A stretch of DNA of 64,000 bases from an uncultured Methanosarcinaceae archaeon (GCA_963721455.1 CAVRJG010000015.1:32001-96000), one strand, 5' to 3'. Positions 19,928 through 30,064 are shown, counted from the stretch's first letter. Notes: a model not told the origin generated them from the sequence alone. Translations and numbers: made by a program.

Positions 19928-20392
19928 TTAGAAATCATCTAGACTTAGTTGTCCAGATTTCTTTAATCTACTCGATCGAAACTTTTTCTTTGTTTTTCCC
20001 TGGGAATCGTTAATGTACTGCTTGATTGTGTCTGCAGTCACATTTCCAATGGATCTATAGAACTTGCCATTTGACCATAGACTTCCACCCCAATACTTTT
20101 TCCTCAATTCTGGATAAAGCTTGAACAATCTGTAAGAACTGCCTCCTTTTAGGTGCTGAAGTACCTCGGATAATGAGGTGCTTGGATGGAATTCCAGGAA
20201 CAAGTGCACATGATCCTCTACCACTTCCATGGCATGTATTTTATAGCCTTTCTCGGTACAAATGTTGTTGAGGATTGATTCGCAACCCTTTTTAACTCTC
20301 TTATTGTAGAATATTCTGTATCTATACTTAGGCACCAATACAATGTGGTAGGCAATTTGACCATAGCCATGGCTAAAACTACGCAATTCCAA
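19928..20392 (-). CDS. tnpA: IS200/IS605-family Y1 transposase
   Basis: YHIVLVPKYR, HUH motif DHVHL, LKGGSS, catalytic Tyr in IKQYI. Confidence 0.93.
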   Translation of the reverse strand: MELRSFSHGYGQIAYHIVLVPKYRYRIFYNKRVKKGCESILNNICTEKGYKIHAMEVVEDHVHLFLEFHPSTSLSEVLQHLKGGSSYRLFKLYPELRKKYWGGSLWSNGKFYRSIGNVTADTIKQYINDSQGKTKKKFRSSRLKKSGQLSLDDF

Positions 20393-20633
20393 TGCTTATC
20401 ACATCCTGGCCATAGGTGGCTGGCACCGCCTATGGCTATGGTGTCAAAAAACCTCATATTAGAAAGAACTACGGTTTTATCGATTTTTTAAGGAGCATAT
20501 AGAAAAGCCAGCGAGGGTTCACTTCATCCCCAACTTGAAAGTTGGGGTATTCGTGACCCTCCGCGCTCCCTAGTAATAAAAGGAAATTTATATTTATACC
20601 TGGAAAAATTTTGATGCTATTAGAAGTTTTAGC

Positions 20634-20684
20634 AATAACAAAAATAAGTAATAACAAAAATAAGTAACAACAAAAATAAGTAAC
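20634..20684. repeat. 16-bp tandem repeat, about 3 copies
   Basis: AATAACAAAAATAAGT x3. Confidence 0.8.
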
Positions 20685-20756
20685 CTAAGCAAATTTTAAA
20701 TTACAAATTGTTTTTTGGATCGGTTATGATATCTAACCCCATCGTTATAAACTCTG

Positions 20757-20850
20757 GTAGATTGAGAGTAATAGGGTTTCCTCTCAATCTCTGGGTTGGA
20801 TCGCAGGTAGGGACCTGAGAATAGGGACTCGGCCCCTGCCAACTACTTCT
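20757..20850 (+). ncRNA. Putative two-hairpin sRNA, copy 4
   Basis: AGATTGAGAG/CTCTCAATCT (compensatory G-C where copies 2/3 have A-T); stem 2 kept through G-T pairs; same loops; promoter motif at 20721-20736. Confidence 0.72.
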
Positions 20851-21312
20851 AGACTAATAAACTACTTTTAAACTAATATTGCCTTTTAGCAAACACTTTC
20901 AAAAGTACTTTACACAAGCCTCTCTTTTTCTTACAATGTATTCAGCTGTAATAAAGCTTATGATTGATTTCAAACATATGCATAAATTTAATTATCCGTT
21001 TTTGTTGTGGAAAATTAGGCCTCATGCGTGCGTTTTTTAGAGATTTCCACTTCTCAAGAGCAATTTTCTGGAGAAGACAAATCTGCAAAAAAGGTATGTC
21101 TTCGAAAAAGGTATGTTTTCGAATCTCATCCTTCGCACTAAATTTGGGGATATAGGTAAATCAAAAACGCAACGCTATTGTAAAGACTATACAAAACAGC
21201 TCTTTTAAAAAGGCACTCTCTTCATAATACAATCTCTCTTTTTATACTATATGTCTAAATAAAATTCCGGCATTGACTACAAATTTAAGTTGCTAATAAT
21301 TATTGTCAAGTT

Positions 21313-21480
21313 TCAATCAAACCTGCAAATAACTTCACAAACATGACCGTATAACTCTTGCCAGAGACTAGCTTGACTATCGAGGAGTTTCAATCTTTCT
21401 TCGTAGGCCTTTCCTTCCTTTTCGTTTTCTATGTCGTTAAGCTCATTCACAATTCTTGTGACTTCTGTTAGGTCACTCAT
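21313..21480 (-). CDS. Putative 55-aa small protein (below ORF-track cutoff)
   Basis: MSDLTEVTRIVNELNDIENEKEGKAYEERLKLLDSQASLWQELYGHVCEVICRFD*; purine-rich RBS AGAAGGGGTTGAT upstream. Confidence 0.6.
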   Translation of the reverse strand: MSDLTEVTRIVNELNDIENEKEGKAYEERLKLLDSQASLWQELYGHVCEVICRFD

Positions 21481-21881
21481 ACGCGATCAACCCCTTCTCG
21501 ACATTTCATTTTGTAATCTACTCTTACCTGTGATATCTTCATAATATATTACAAACAAACTATTTAAAAATATTTAAGTCATAAAATCAATTAAAATTAT
21601 TGACTTCTATACAATTCAGAAAATAATATAAAAACAAATGGAGAATGATCCAATCAGTTAGGAAATTACATACAACAGGAGAAAAGAAATCTATTCATCA
21701 GGGAGACTTTGAGCCTTTTACTTCCTGGTGTAGTAATTTGAGTGACCAATAAAGTGTCGGGTCAGGGAATCGATCCTGAAAAATTGCTTAAACATTGATG
21801 AAAAAATAATAGCAGGTAGAGAATAATTTTCCTCCGCCTGTTTATTTAAAGAAATTGGTTTTTTCTTAAATTCAATTTTTC

Positions 21882-23333
21882 TCAGATCTTAACGTTTTCT
21901 CTGGCCCACTTTGCCCCTGCTTCGAGAACCATCTGATTAAATTCGATAACTTGAGGCTTACCTGCAAAGTTTTCGGCAAGAGCTTCCTTGAAGGCTTCCT
22001 CTTCCAGGCCTGTTGCATTAAGGCCCATAAGGACTCCGAGTATAAAGGAATTGGCTGCTTTCTCAGAGCCTGCTTCTTTGGCTTTTTCGGTTGCAGGGAC
22101 TGCAATGGCTTTAACACCCGCAGGCGTCTCGGCTTCGCCTATGGACGAGTCATAGAGGATAAAGCCTCCTTCTCTGACTGCCCCTTGGAACTTTTCAAGG
22201 GAAGGGCGGTTCATAGCTACCAGGATATCCGGGGTGTAGACAGTAGGAGAGCCTATCGGCTGGCCTGAAATCACAACCGAACAATTGGATGTGCCTCCTC
22301 TCTGTTCCGGGCCATAGGACGGGAACCAGGAAGCGTTGAGGTTTGCTTTTACTCCTGCCTGGGCAAGGATAATGCCCATGCTGAGGACGCCCTGCCCTCC
22401 GAAACCTGCAATCTTGGTCTGGATCGGGGCAAAGTCCTTTCTGGAAGGTTTTTCTTCGGCACCCGCTTCAATGCCGTAAAGTTTCTCAAGGGTTTCAGTT
22501 GTAAAGTCACTGACTCCACGGTGCAGGGGTTCGGCTTCTTCGGAGTTATCCCTGAAGTTCTTGAGAGGGAATTCCTTTTCCATTTCATCATTAATGAAAC
22601 TGACAGCCTGTTCTGCATCCATCTTGAGGTTAGTCGGGCAGGCAGCAAGGACTTCGACAAAAGAATATCCTGTGCCATCACGCTGGATCTCAAGCGCCTT
22701 TCGCACGGCTTTTCTGGCTTTTCTTATATGGGAAATATCCGATACAGAAACCCTTTCAATAAAAACAGGAGCTTTCAGGTTGTCCAGAAGCTCGCACATA
22801 TGGAGAGGGTAGCCTGCAAAACGGGGGTCACGGCCTTCAGGGCATGTCGTGGTCTTTTCACCCACAAGGGTTGTCGGGGCCATCTGTCCGCCTGTCATTC
22901 CGTACACTGTGTTGTTCACGAAAAAGACTGCAAGCTTTTCACCCCTGTTCGCTGCCTGAATAGTCTCGTTCAAGCCTATCGATGCGAGATCCCCGTCTCC
23001 CTGGTAGGAGATAACCACAGCATTTTCTTCTGCCCTGGAAACCCCTGTCCCTACTGCAGGGGCACGTCCGTGGGCAACCTGGATATTGCCTGCGTCAAAG
23101 TAATAGTAAGCAAAGACCGCACAGCCCACAGGGCTGATCATAACTGTCCTGTCCTGAATCCCGAGGTCATCAATTGCTTCGGCAATAAGCTTGTGCAGAA
23201 CCCCATGCCCGCAACCAGGGCAGTAGTGAGTGGCTGTCGGGGCTGCCCCTCCTTTACGGGGGTACTCCGCATACAGGGCTTTTGGCCTTCCTATTACTTT
23301 TTCTCCGTTGATGATTTCTGCTGCCATTTTCAT
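21882..23333 (-). CDS. vorA: 2-ketoisovalerate:ferredoxin oxidoreductase, fused beta/gamma subunit
   Basis: [11 protein letters not shown] motif [15 protein letters not shown], gamma motifs AGFGGQG and SYGPEQRGG. Confidence 0.9.
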   Translation of the reverse strand: MKMAAEIINGEKVIGRPKALYAEYPRKGGAAPTATHYCPGCGHGVLHKLIAEAIDDLGIQDRTVMISPVGCAVFAYYYFDAGNIQVAHGRAPAVGTGVSRAEENAVVISYQGDGDLASIGLNETIQAANRGEKLAVFFVNNTVYGMTGGQMAPTTLVGEKTTTCPEGRDPRFAGYPLHMCELLDNLKAPVFIERVSVSDISHIRKARKAVRKALEIQRDGTGYSFVEVLAACPTNLKMDAEQAVSFINDEMEKEFPLKNFRDNSEEAEPLHRGVSDFTTETLEKLYGIEAGAEEKPSRKDFAPIQTKIAGFGGQGVLSMGIILAQAGVKANLNASWFPSYGPEQRGGTSNCSVVISGQPIGSPTVYTPDILVAMNRPSLEKFQGAVREGGFILYDSSIGEAETPAGVKAIAVPATEKAKEAGSEKAANSFILGVLMGLNATGLEEEAFKEALAENFAGKPQVIEFNQMVLEAGAKWARENVKI

Positions 23334-24385
23334 GCCTCCCCTGCAATTTTTCTGATTTTGTCCATTATCTGGTCAAGGGTGATCAGGTTCCCCCCCATAC
23401 GGTTTACCAGCTCCACAGGCTGTGAGCAGCTGATTGCAAGCCTGATATCATCCTTCATCTGCCCATTACTCATTTCAACGGCTATGAAAGAGCATCCCTT
23501 ATCTGCCAGGGCTTTCAACTGCGCCTCAGGGAACGGGAAGAGAGTTTTAGGCCTGAAAAGTCCTACCCTGATGCCTTCCTGCCTGGCAAGGTCTACGGCT
23601 GATCTGCAAATTCTGCTGCTAATCCCATAGGAAACAAGGACAATTGAGGCATCATCTGTCAGATATTCTTCATAATCCACTTCATTCTGTCTGATTAGCT
23701 CGTACTTTGCCTGTAGCTTCTCATTGAACTTTCCGAGTTCATTGAAGTCCAGGTAAATTGAGGTTATCAGGTTGGGTCTGGTTTCGGCTGTGCCGTTGAC
23801 CGCCCAGGTGGTATCAATCTCAGGGACTGTAGCTTCCTTTGGGAACTCAAGAGACTCTATCATCTGTCCAAGCACACCGTCTGCGAGTACCACAGCAGGG
23901 TTCCTGTACTTGAAGGCAAGCTCAAAGGCTTTTATGGTAAAGTCGCACATTTCCTGCACGGAATTTGGGGCAAGCACGATATTTTTGTAGTTCCCGTGCC
24001 CTCCGCCTTTTACCACCTGGTTGTAATCCGCCTGCTCAGGCCCTATATTTCCGAGGCCTGGGCCTGCTCGCATGATATCTACAATCACACAGGGAAGTTC
24101 TGCGCCAGCAAGGTAGGAGAGCCCTTCCTGCATCAGGCTGATTCCGGGGCCTGAAGAGGATGTCATGACCCTGTGCCCGGCAGATGCTCCTCCGTAGACC
24201 ATGTTAATTGCCGCTTCTTCGGATTCGGCCTGGACGAATTTTCTCCCTATTTTCGGGAAGTATTTGGATGCATCATGAAGAATCTCACTTGCCGGAGTTA
24301 TGGGATATCCGAAGAAACAGTCACATCCGGCATAAAGTGCACCGACGACCACTGCGGAGTTGCCTTTTATTAGTTGTGTTGCCAT
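23330..24385 (-). CDS. vorB: 2-ketoisovalerate:ferredoxin oxidoreductase, alpha-type subunit
   Basis: [26 protein letters not shown]; ATGA overlap with vorA. Confidence 0.9.
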   Translation of the reverse strand: MATQLIKGNSAVVVGALYAGCDCFFGYPITPASEILHDASKYFPKIGRKFVQAESEEAAINMVYGGASAGHRVMTSSSGPGISLMQEGLSYLAGAELPCVIVDIMRAGPGLGNIGPEQADYNQVVKGGGHGNYKNIVLAPNSVQEMCDFTIKAFELAFKYRNPAVVLADGVLGQMIESLEFPKEATVPEIDTTWAVNGTAETRPNLITSIYLDFNELGKFNEKLQAKYELIRQNEVDYEEYLTDDASIVLVSYGISSRICRSAVDLARQEGIRVGLFRPKTLFPFPEAQLKALADKGCSFIAVEMSNGQMKDDIRLAISCSQPVELVNRMGGNLITLDQIMDKIRKIAGEA

Positions 24386-24405
24386 ATTTTTCCTCCTTTT
24401 CTGCC

Positions 24406-24654
24406 TTATCTGGCTTCCTCGTCTTTCACGGGAATATGAATCTCGATTGCAAGAGGTTCAGGACAGGTATAATAGCAGCTAGCACAGCCTGAACAGCCCT
24501 CTCCTTTATACTCCACATAATGGTAGCCCCGAGCATTCAGGTTTTCACTCATGAAAAGTACGCCTTTGGGACAGGCGAGAAGGCAGCGCCCGCAGGCTTT
24601 GCACTCCAGAGTGTTGATAACAGGGTATGGTTCTTTTTTATCGTTCTTTGACAT
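24406..24654 (-). CDS. vorC: 2[4Fe-4S] ferredoxin subunit
   Basis: Two CxxCxxCxxxCP motifs; first gene of the vor operon. Confidence 0.85.
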   Translation of the reverse strand: MSKNDKKEPYPVINTLECKACGRCLLACPKGVLFMSENLNARGYHYVEYKGEGCSGCASCYYTCPEPLAIEIHIPVKDEEAR

Positions 24655-25086
24655 ATGGGGTCCTCATTTCGTTTATTTTTCAATTATCCTTTGGATTCTT
24701 CTCAGCTTCCAGCCCCGTACCGGAGTTCAAGGCCATCCGGAGTTTTTATTTTTCTTTTCCCGGACTTCTCCCAGTCCCTGTTTTACTCCAACCGGCTTTG
24801 TGCGACAGAAAGAAGAGCCTTCAGTTTCCACGTATTTTTCTTAAATTCTATAATTTGTTATTATACCGTACATTAAAGAAAAAATTAAGATAAATCTATA
24901 AAGTAAGTCCGAAACCGCATCTTTTTAAAGCAAACTTTTCAGAAAAAGTTAAAGGTACTTATTTCTTTCCTTTCTTTTCCTTTTTCTGATTTAATCTGAA
25001 TTCTTATTTCCTTTCTGACCAGACCCGATCCCATTTGCTTGTTTAATTTGATCTAAACTATTTTCAGGTTATTTTTTACTTCTGGT

Positions 25087-26757
25087 TTACTTCTGGTCTT
25101 TGTCCCGGATCTCAACCCTGCGGATCTTTCCGCTAATGGTCTTCGGAAGCTCATCCACAAACTCTATGATACGCGGGTACTTGTAGGGAGCAGTGACTCT
25201 TTTTACGTGTTCCTGAAGCTCTTTTTTAAGCGCTTCTCCCGGCGTGTAACCTTTAGTGAGCACAATTGTTGCCTTGATAACCTGGCCCCTTACAGGGTCC
25301 GAGGCACCTGTAATTGCACATTCGAGCACTGAAGGGTGCTGGATAAGGGCGCTTTCCACTTCAAAAGGCCCGACTTTATATCCTGAGGTCTTTATAATAT
25401 CGTCAGCTCTTCCCACAAACCACAGGTAGCCATCTTCGTCCATCCAGGCCATGTCTCCTGTATGGTAATAGCCGTCGTGCCAGGTTTCTTCAGTCTTCTC
25501 CGGGTCTTTTCCGTAGTGGACGAAGAATCCGACAGGCTTTCCTTCTTTTGTGTTGATAACGATTTCTCCTTCTTCTCCCACTTCACAGAGCCTGCCGTCC
25601 CTGTCCATAAGCTCAATTTTATAGCCCGGAGATGGCTTTCCGATAGATCCGGGTTTTGGTTCCATCCACGGGTAGGTTGCGATAGTTACAACAGTTTCAG
25701 TCTGCCCGAACCCTTCCATGAGCTTTATTCCAGTGAATTCCAGGAACCGGTTAAAAACCTCAGGGTTCAGGGGTTCGCCTGCAACGACCGCATATTTCAA
25801 TGTACCGAACTCATACTTACTGAGGTCTTCTTTGATCAGGAAGCGGTAGATTGTGGGTGGAGCACAGAAAGTTGTAACACCGAATCTGGAAGCTTTTTCA
25901 AGCATGTTTTTGGCTTCAAACCGGTCGTAGTCATAAACAAAGACCGCACAACCTGCTATCCACTGCCCATAGATCTTTCCCCATACGCATTTTCCCCAGC
26001 CGCTGTCTGCAACCGTATAATGCAGCCCGTCATCCTCTACATTCTGCCAGTATTTTGCGGTAAGAATATGTCCGAGAGGGTAGGTAAAGTCGTGTTCCAC
26101 CATCTTTGGGAAGCCCGCGGTTCCGGATGAGAAATAAACCAGAGAAATATCGTCATTTGTAGTTGCAGCCCCACCGGCAGGACGCTCAAAGTCAGGGGAA
26201 GCTTCCTCAAGCTCTTTCCTGAAATCAATCCAGCCTTCCCGCGGCTTACCTCCAACGACTGCTTTTTTAAGCGGGATATCCCTAAACTGGGAATGAGATT
26301 CGTCCACCTGCTCAGGAACTTCATCCTCTGATATGCAGACGATCATTTTCAGTCCGGCTTTTTCTATTCGGTATACGATATCTCGTGTCTTGAGCATATG
26401 GGTTGCAGGCACAGCAATGGCTCCCAGTTTATGCAATCCCAGGATACAGTACCAGAACTCATAACGGCTCTTTAAGGTAAGCATTACATAGTCGCCTTTC
26501 CCTATCCCGTGCTTTGCAAATAAATTTGCAGCCTTGTCGCTGTAGTACTTGAGGTCTTTGAAAGTAAAGGTTCTTTTTTCCCCGTTATCGTCACACCAGA
26601 TCATTGCAAGTTTCTCAGGGAAATCTCTTGCATAGGCATCGACCACGTCATAGGCAAAGTTGAAATTTTCAGGAACCAGGATTTTAAAATTTTCCTGGAA
26701 ATCCTCATAAGATTCGAAATCGGTTTTGGAAACAAATTGGTTCAGCAAGGAAGTCAT
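25087..26757 (-). CDS. AMP-forming acyl-CoA synthetase
   Basis: [34 protein letters not shown]. Confidence 0.92.
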   Translation of the reverse strand: MTSLLNQFVSKTDFESYEDFQENFKILVPENFNFAYDVVDAYARDFPEKLAMIWCDDNGEKRTFTFKDLKYYSDKAANLFAKHGIGKGDYVMLTLKSRYEFWYCILGLHKLGAIAVPATHMLKTRDIVYRIEKAGLKMIVCISEDEVPEQVDESHSQFRDIPLKKAVVGGKPREGWIDFRKELEEASPDFERPAGGAATTNDDISLVYFSSGTAGFPKMVEHDFTYPLGHILTAKYWQNVEDDGLHYTVADSGWGKCVWGKIYGQWIAGCAVFVYDYDRFEAKNMLEKASRFGVTTFCAPPTIYRFLIKEDLSKYEFGTLKYAVVAGEPLNPEVFNRFLEFTGIKLMEGFGQTETVVTIATYPWMEPKPGSIGKPSPGYKIELMDRDGRLCEVGEEGEIVINTKEGKPVGFFVHYGKDPEKTEETWHDGYYHTGDMAWMDEDGYLWFVGRADDIIKTSGYKVGPFEVESALIQHPSVLECAITGASDPVRGQVIKATIVLTKGYTPGEALKKELQEHVKRVTAPYKYPRIIEFVDELPKTISGKIRRVEIRDKDQK

Positions 26758-26881
26758 TCTGGACACCCGTTTTATCTGCTTATATTGTTAGCTTTCTATA
26801 TTTTTGAAGGCTTAAGGGCCTGTGTGAATTTCAAAGTTTTTAAGATTTTATCCCGCATATCGGGTTTTTATCGGGTTTGAG

Positions 26882-26966
26882 ATCAAATTACTTTAAATCA
26901 AATTACTTTAAATCAAATTACTTTAAATCAAATTACTTTAAATCAAATTATTTTAAACCAAATTAT
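26882..26966. repeat. 15-bp tandem repeat, about 5.5 copies
   Basis: ATCAAATTACTTTAA repeated, degenerating rightward. Confidence 0.9.
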
Positions 26967-26972
26967 ATTTAA

Positions 26973-27527
26973 TTACATTATAGCTGCCAGGAACTTAGCG
27001 GGCTCTCCTTCCAGAGCTTCCATGGCGTGCTTGTAAGTTGAGTCAAAATAAATGGAATCTCCTTTGTTCAGGGTAATTTCATTATTGTGGATGTAGACCT
27101 TCAGGCTTCCTTCCAGCACATAGTTAAATTCCTGCCCTGGGTGGGAGTTGGTTTCCGGCTTTGTCCCATATGGTTTGGGTTCAACCGAAACTATGAAAAA
27201 TTCAGCTTTTTTGTGAATGAAATTTTCAGCCAGGTTCTGGTACCTGTACTGCTTCCTCCTTTCAACGCTGATCCCTTTTCCGTCCCGTGTAACGGTAAAA
27301 ATATTCATGCGCGGCTCTTCACCCGTCAGGAGGGTAGCCATATCTATGCGCAGTTTGTGTGCAATTTCAAAAAGTATACTTGCCGGGATATCCTCAGTTC
27401 CACTTTCATATTTCTCGTAGGTTTCATCGGATACCTGCAGATATTCTGCCATTTCTTTGACCGTGAAATCCGATAGTTCCCGCAGTTCACGGACCCGATC
27501 TGCAATTTCTTTTATTTTTTCCTGCAT
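26973..27527 (-). CDS. XRE-family HTH plus cupin transcriptional regulator
   Basis: N-terminal HTH; [12 protein letters not shown]...GDSIYFDS..H cupin. Confidence 0.9.
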   Translation of the reverse strand: MQEKIKEIADRVRELRELSDFTVKEMAEYLQVSDETYEKYESGTEDIPASILFEIAHKLRIDMATLLTGEEPRMNIFTVTRDGKGISVERRKQYRYQNLAENFIHKKAEFFIVSVEPKPYGTKPETNSHPGQEFNYVLEGSLKVYIHNNEITLNKGDSIYFDSTYKHAMEALEGEPAKFLAAIM

Positions 27528-27921
27528 GATATATCTTCTCCATCTGGATTTTTCAATAATTAACTTGAGATTTGCTTAAAAACCTTTGTGCTTTACCCAG
27601 GCTTAATGCTTGTTTGAAAGGAGATTTTTCTTCCAGAACCATTGAAAATTATAATTAATATACATTATCATTCATCTTTCTTCACAATTCCTATTATTTA
27701 GCATAGCAGAACTGAATCTGCAGTGAACCTGCAACTTTTAAAGATGAGCCGTTTTGTCTGGCTATCAAAAATAACCGGTTAAATTCTAATTATTTAGAAT
27801 ACAGCCGATTGAGGGGCTATTAATAAGATGCTGCCGGCTCAACTTCTCACATCGCATGGGAAAAATCAGAGATTTAAAGCTGGATCTGAGGTTAGTTCAG
27901 GTTTTATCCTGCTTTCGGCAG

Positions 27922-30064
27922 GTGCGACAAGAAGCTATGCTATGAATTGCGGAAACGCTACCTCTTCCATTTGAGGTAATCCTACTGTGACATGCATAAA
28001 TGGCAACGTTTGTGTGTGAAGCTCACAAGACAATATCAAGAAATCAAGGAGCCTGACTTTGATAATTGGTTAGGATAAGAATACTATGAAGAACGTAAAG
28101 TGAACCATCGTAAAAATCGTGAAGCAGAATGAGCGAAAACAGGTTGACACGCTCAAACCAAAAGGTATAGAATCAGGTCATAATGGATCTGCCGACATTA
28201 TGGCAAATGGACAAATGGTTCTCGGTTTACAGATGGCTTCTAAGGTATTCATATTATTCATGGTATGGAACTTGGTAAACCCTATATGCTCCTTTAAAAA
28301 AAAAGGTAGAGACCCTGTGAAGGGAATTAATTGCATAGAGGGTAGAGGATTCAAGCAAAAAGCGAATGTCATTCTGTAATGGAATGGATAGGGGTTCAAA
28401 CTTTGCCCTAGCCTGAAAGGGTGCAGACTTGCTTATTTGGTGTTCTATTGTATGAAAGGAGGCAAACTTCTGAATGTAAGTATTTCAACGATATCCTCTC
28501 AGGATAAGAAGCTTACAGACGCTTCCCTCTTCCAGAGATGGAAAACTATTGACTGGAATCAAGTAGAGAAGAGTGTTAATAAGTTGCAAACCCGAATTAC
28601 AAAAGCAGTAATGCAAAACAAATGGAACCATGTCAAGAGATTGCAGTATCTCCTAACTCATTCCTATTTCGCCAAACTCTTGGCAGTAAGAAGAGTTACT
28701 CAAAACAAAGGAAAAAGGACATCTGGAATTGATGGTGAAAAATGGCTAACTTCAAGCTCCAAAATGAAAGCTGTCCTTAGTCCTACTGGTAAAAGATACA
28801 AAGCTAAACCCCTGAAACGAGTCTTCATTAATAAGCCTGGTAAGAAGAAGAAACGTCCCTTAGGTATCCCTACAATGTATGACAGAGCTATTCAATCTTT
28901 ATATGCATTAGCTCTCGAACCCATAGCTGAAACAATGTCTGACCTGAGGTCTTTTGGATTTCGAAAGCACCGAAGTACCAAAGATGCATGTCAGCAAATC
29001 TTTTTGTGTTTAAGCAAGAAGAACTCGGCCCAATGGATCTTAGAAGGCGATATCAAAGGATGTTTCGATAATATAAATCATCAGTGGTTGTTGACTAACA
29101 TTCCTATAGAAAAATCAGTACTGACTCAATTTCTTAAAGCAGGTTTCATTTACAAACATCATCTGAATCCAACAAAAGCAGGTACGCCACAAGGTGGGAT
29201 AATCTCCCCCATTTTGGCAAATATGACATTGGACGGCATCGAGAAGTTACTTATGGCTAAATACCCAAAAAGAGGTAGTATGTCTCCCAAGGTTAACTTC
29301 ATCCGTTATGCTGATGATTTCATAGTCACTGCTAATTCAGAAGAATCTGCCAGAGAAATTAGGGACATAATTACTGCTTTTCTCAAAGAACGAGGTCTTG
29401 AACTATCTGATGACAAAACCCTGATCACAAATATTAATGAGGGCTTTGATTTTCTCGGCTGGAATTTCCGCAAGTACAATGGTAAGCTTCTGATCAAGCC
29501 TTCCAAGAAGTCCATTAAAAGGTTTACTGAAACAATCAGTCAAACCATAACGAAAGGAATGGCATGGTCTCAGGAAGTCTTAATTACCAAATTAAACCCC
29601 ATAATAAGAGGTTGGACCAATTATCACAATTCAGTGGTCTCCTCGGACGTATTCCAGATCCTTGATCATAGAATCTGGGAGCTGCTATGGATATGGGCTA
29701 AAAGAAGACATCCGAACAAATCCAAAGATTGGATTGTCAACAAATATTGGAAAAGAAGCACCTCAAGAAGATGGAATTTCAGAACCGAGAGAAATGGGTT
29801 ACTGCTTCTTTCAAAAACCAGAATCTACAGACACATTCCTTTAAAGCTGCAAATGAATCCATTTCTTGATCCGGATTATTTTCACGAACGTTCAAATAAA
29901 TTAAGTTTCCGGAAAAGTCAATCCATTTGATTAATTATTTGAAAAAAAAAAAGACTGCTGCCTGATACAGAAAAGGTTATAGAATGCTTGAGCCGGATGC
30001 GTCGAAAGGCGCACGTCCGGTTCTTAGAAGAGGGAGAGCGAGTAATCGCTCTTTCTTATTTGAC
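27922..30064 (+). mobile_element. Group II intron (IIB-type, probably chloroplast-like class), intergenic
   Basis: 5' GTGCG at 27922; EBS1 CTGCCG (28189-28194) in a hairpin loop pairs with IBS1 CGGCAG; EBS2 AGGATAA (28072-28078) pairs with TTATCCT; DV GAGCCGGATGCG-TCGAAAGG-CGCACGTCCGGTTC (~29990-30023); DVI ends ...TTATTTGAC. Confidence 0.93.
28452..29930 (+). CDS. ltrA: Group II intron reverse transcriptase/maturase, no HNH endonuclease domain
   Basis: RPLGIPT, DIKGCFDNI, GTPQGG, RYADD, maturase LNPIIRGWTNY; start uncertain (ATG 28452 or CTG 28470). Confidence 0.93.
   Translation: MKGGKLLNVSISTISSQDKKLTDASLFQRWKTIDWNQVEKSVNKLQTRITKAVMQNKWNHVKRLQYLLTHSYFAKLLAVRRVTQNKGKRTSGIDGEKWLTSSSKMKAVLSPTGKRYKAKPLKRVFINKPGKKKKRPLGIPTMYDRAIQSLYALALEPIAETMSDLRSFGFRKHRSTKDACQQIFLCLSKKNSAQWILEGDIKGCFDNINHQWLLTNIPIEKSVLTQFLKAGFIYKHHLNPTKAGTPQGGIISPILANMTLDGIEKLLMAKYPKRGSMSPKVNFIRYADDFIVTANSEESAREIRDIITAFLKERGLELSDDKTLITNINEGFDFLGWNFRKYNGKLLIKPSKKSIKRFTETISQTITKGMAWSQEVLITKLNPIIRGWTNYHNSVVSSDVFQILDHRIWELLWIWAKRRHPNKSKDWIVNKYWKRSTSRRWNFRTERNGLLLLSKTRIYRHIPLKLQMNPFLDPDYFHERSNKLSFRKSQSI

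Larger units (their letters stand above)
18130..20572 (-). mobile_element. IS200-type element (tnpA only), interrupted by IS1182; ends approximate
   Basis: Y1 transposase gene; end hairpins CCCCAACT-tgaa-AGTTGGGG (20528-20547) and reconstructed ACCCCACCT-tgaa-AGGTGGGGT (18141-18153 joined to 19886-19894). Confidence 0.82.

Noticed and set aside
19882-20572. TnpB/omegaRNA system in the IS200/IS605 element
   Set aside because: No tnpB or iscB ORF; only ~35 nt separate the tnpA stop from the end hairpin
16700-20850. CRISPR array or type III toxin-antitoxin repeats as the explanation for the repeated units
   Set aside because: Units are ~95 nt, more than 400 bp apart and each has its own promoter motif; no constant-length spacers, no cas genes and no adjacent toxin ORF
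22521-23630. Long antisense ORF (369 aa), and similar shadow ORFs such as 38750-39496, 11079-11810 and 57641-58342
   Set aside because: They overlap well-supported genes on the opposite strand and have no recognisable motifs
28437-29930. Retron, DGR or defence-type reverse transcriptase
   Set aside because: The RT has a maturase domain and sits within a full group II ribozyme (GTGCG start, EBS1/2, DV, DVI)
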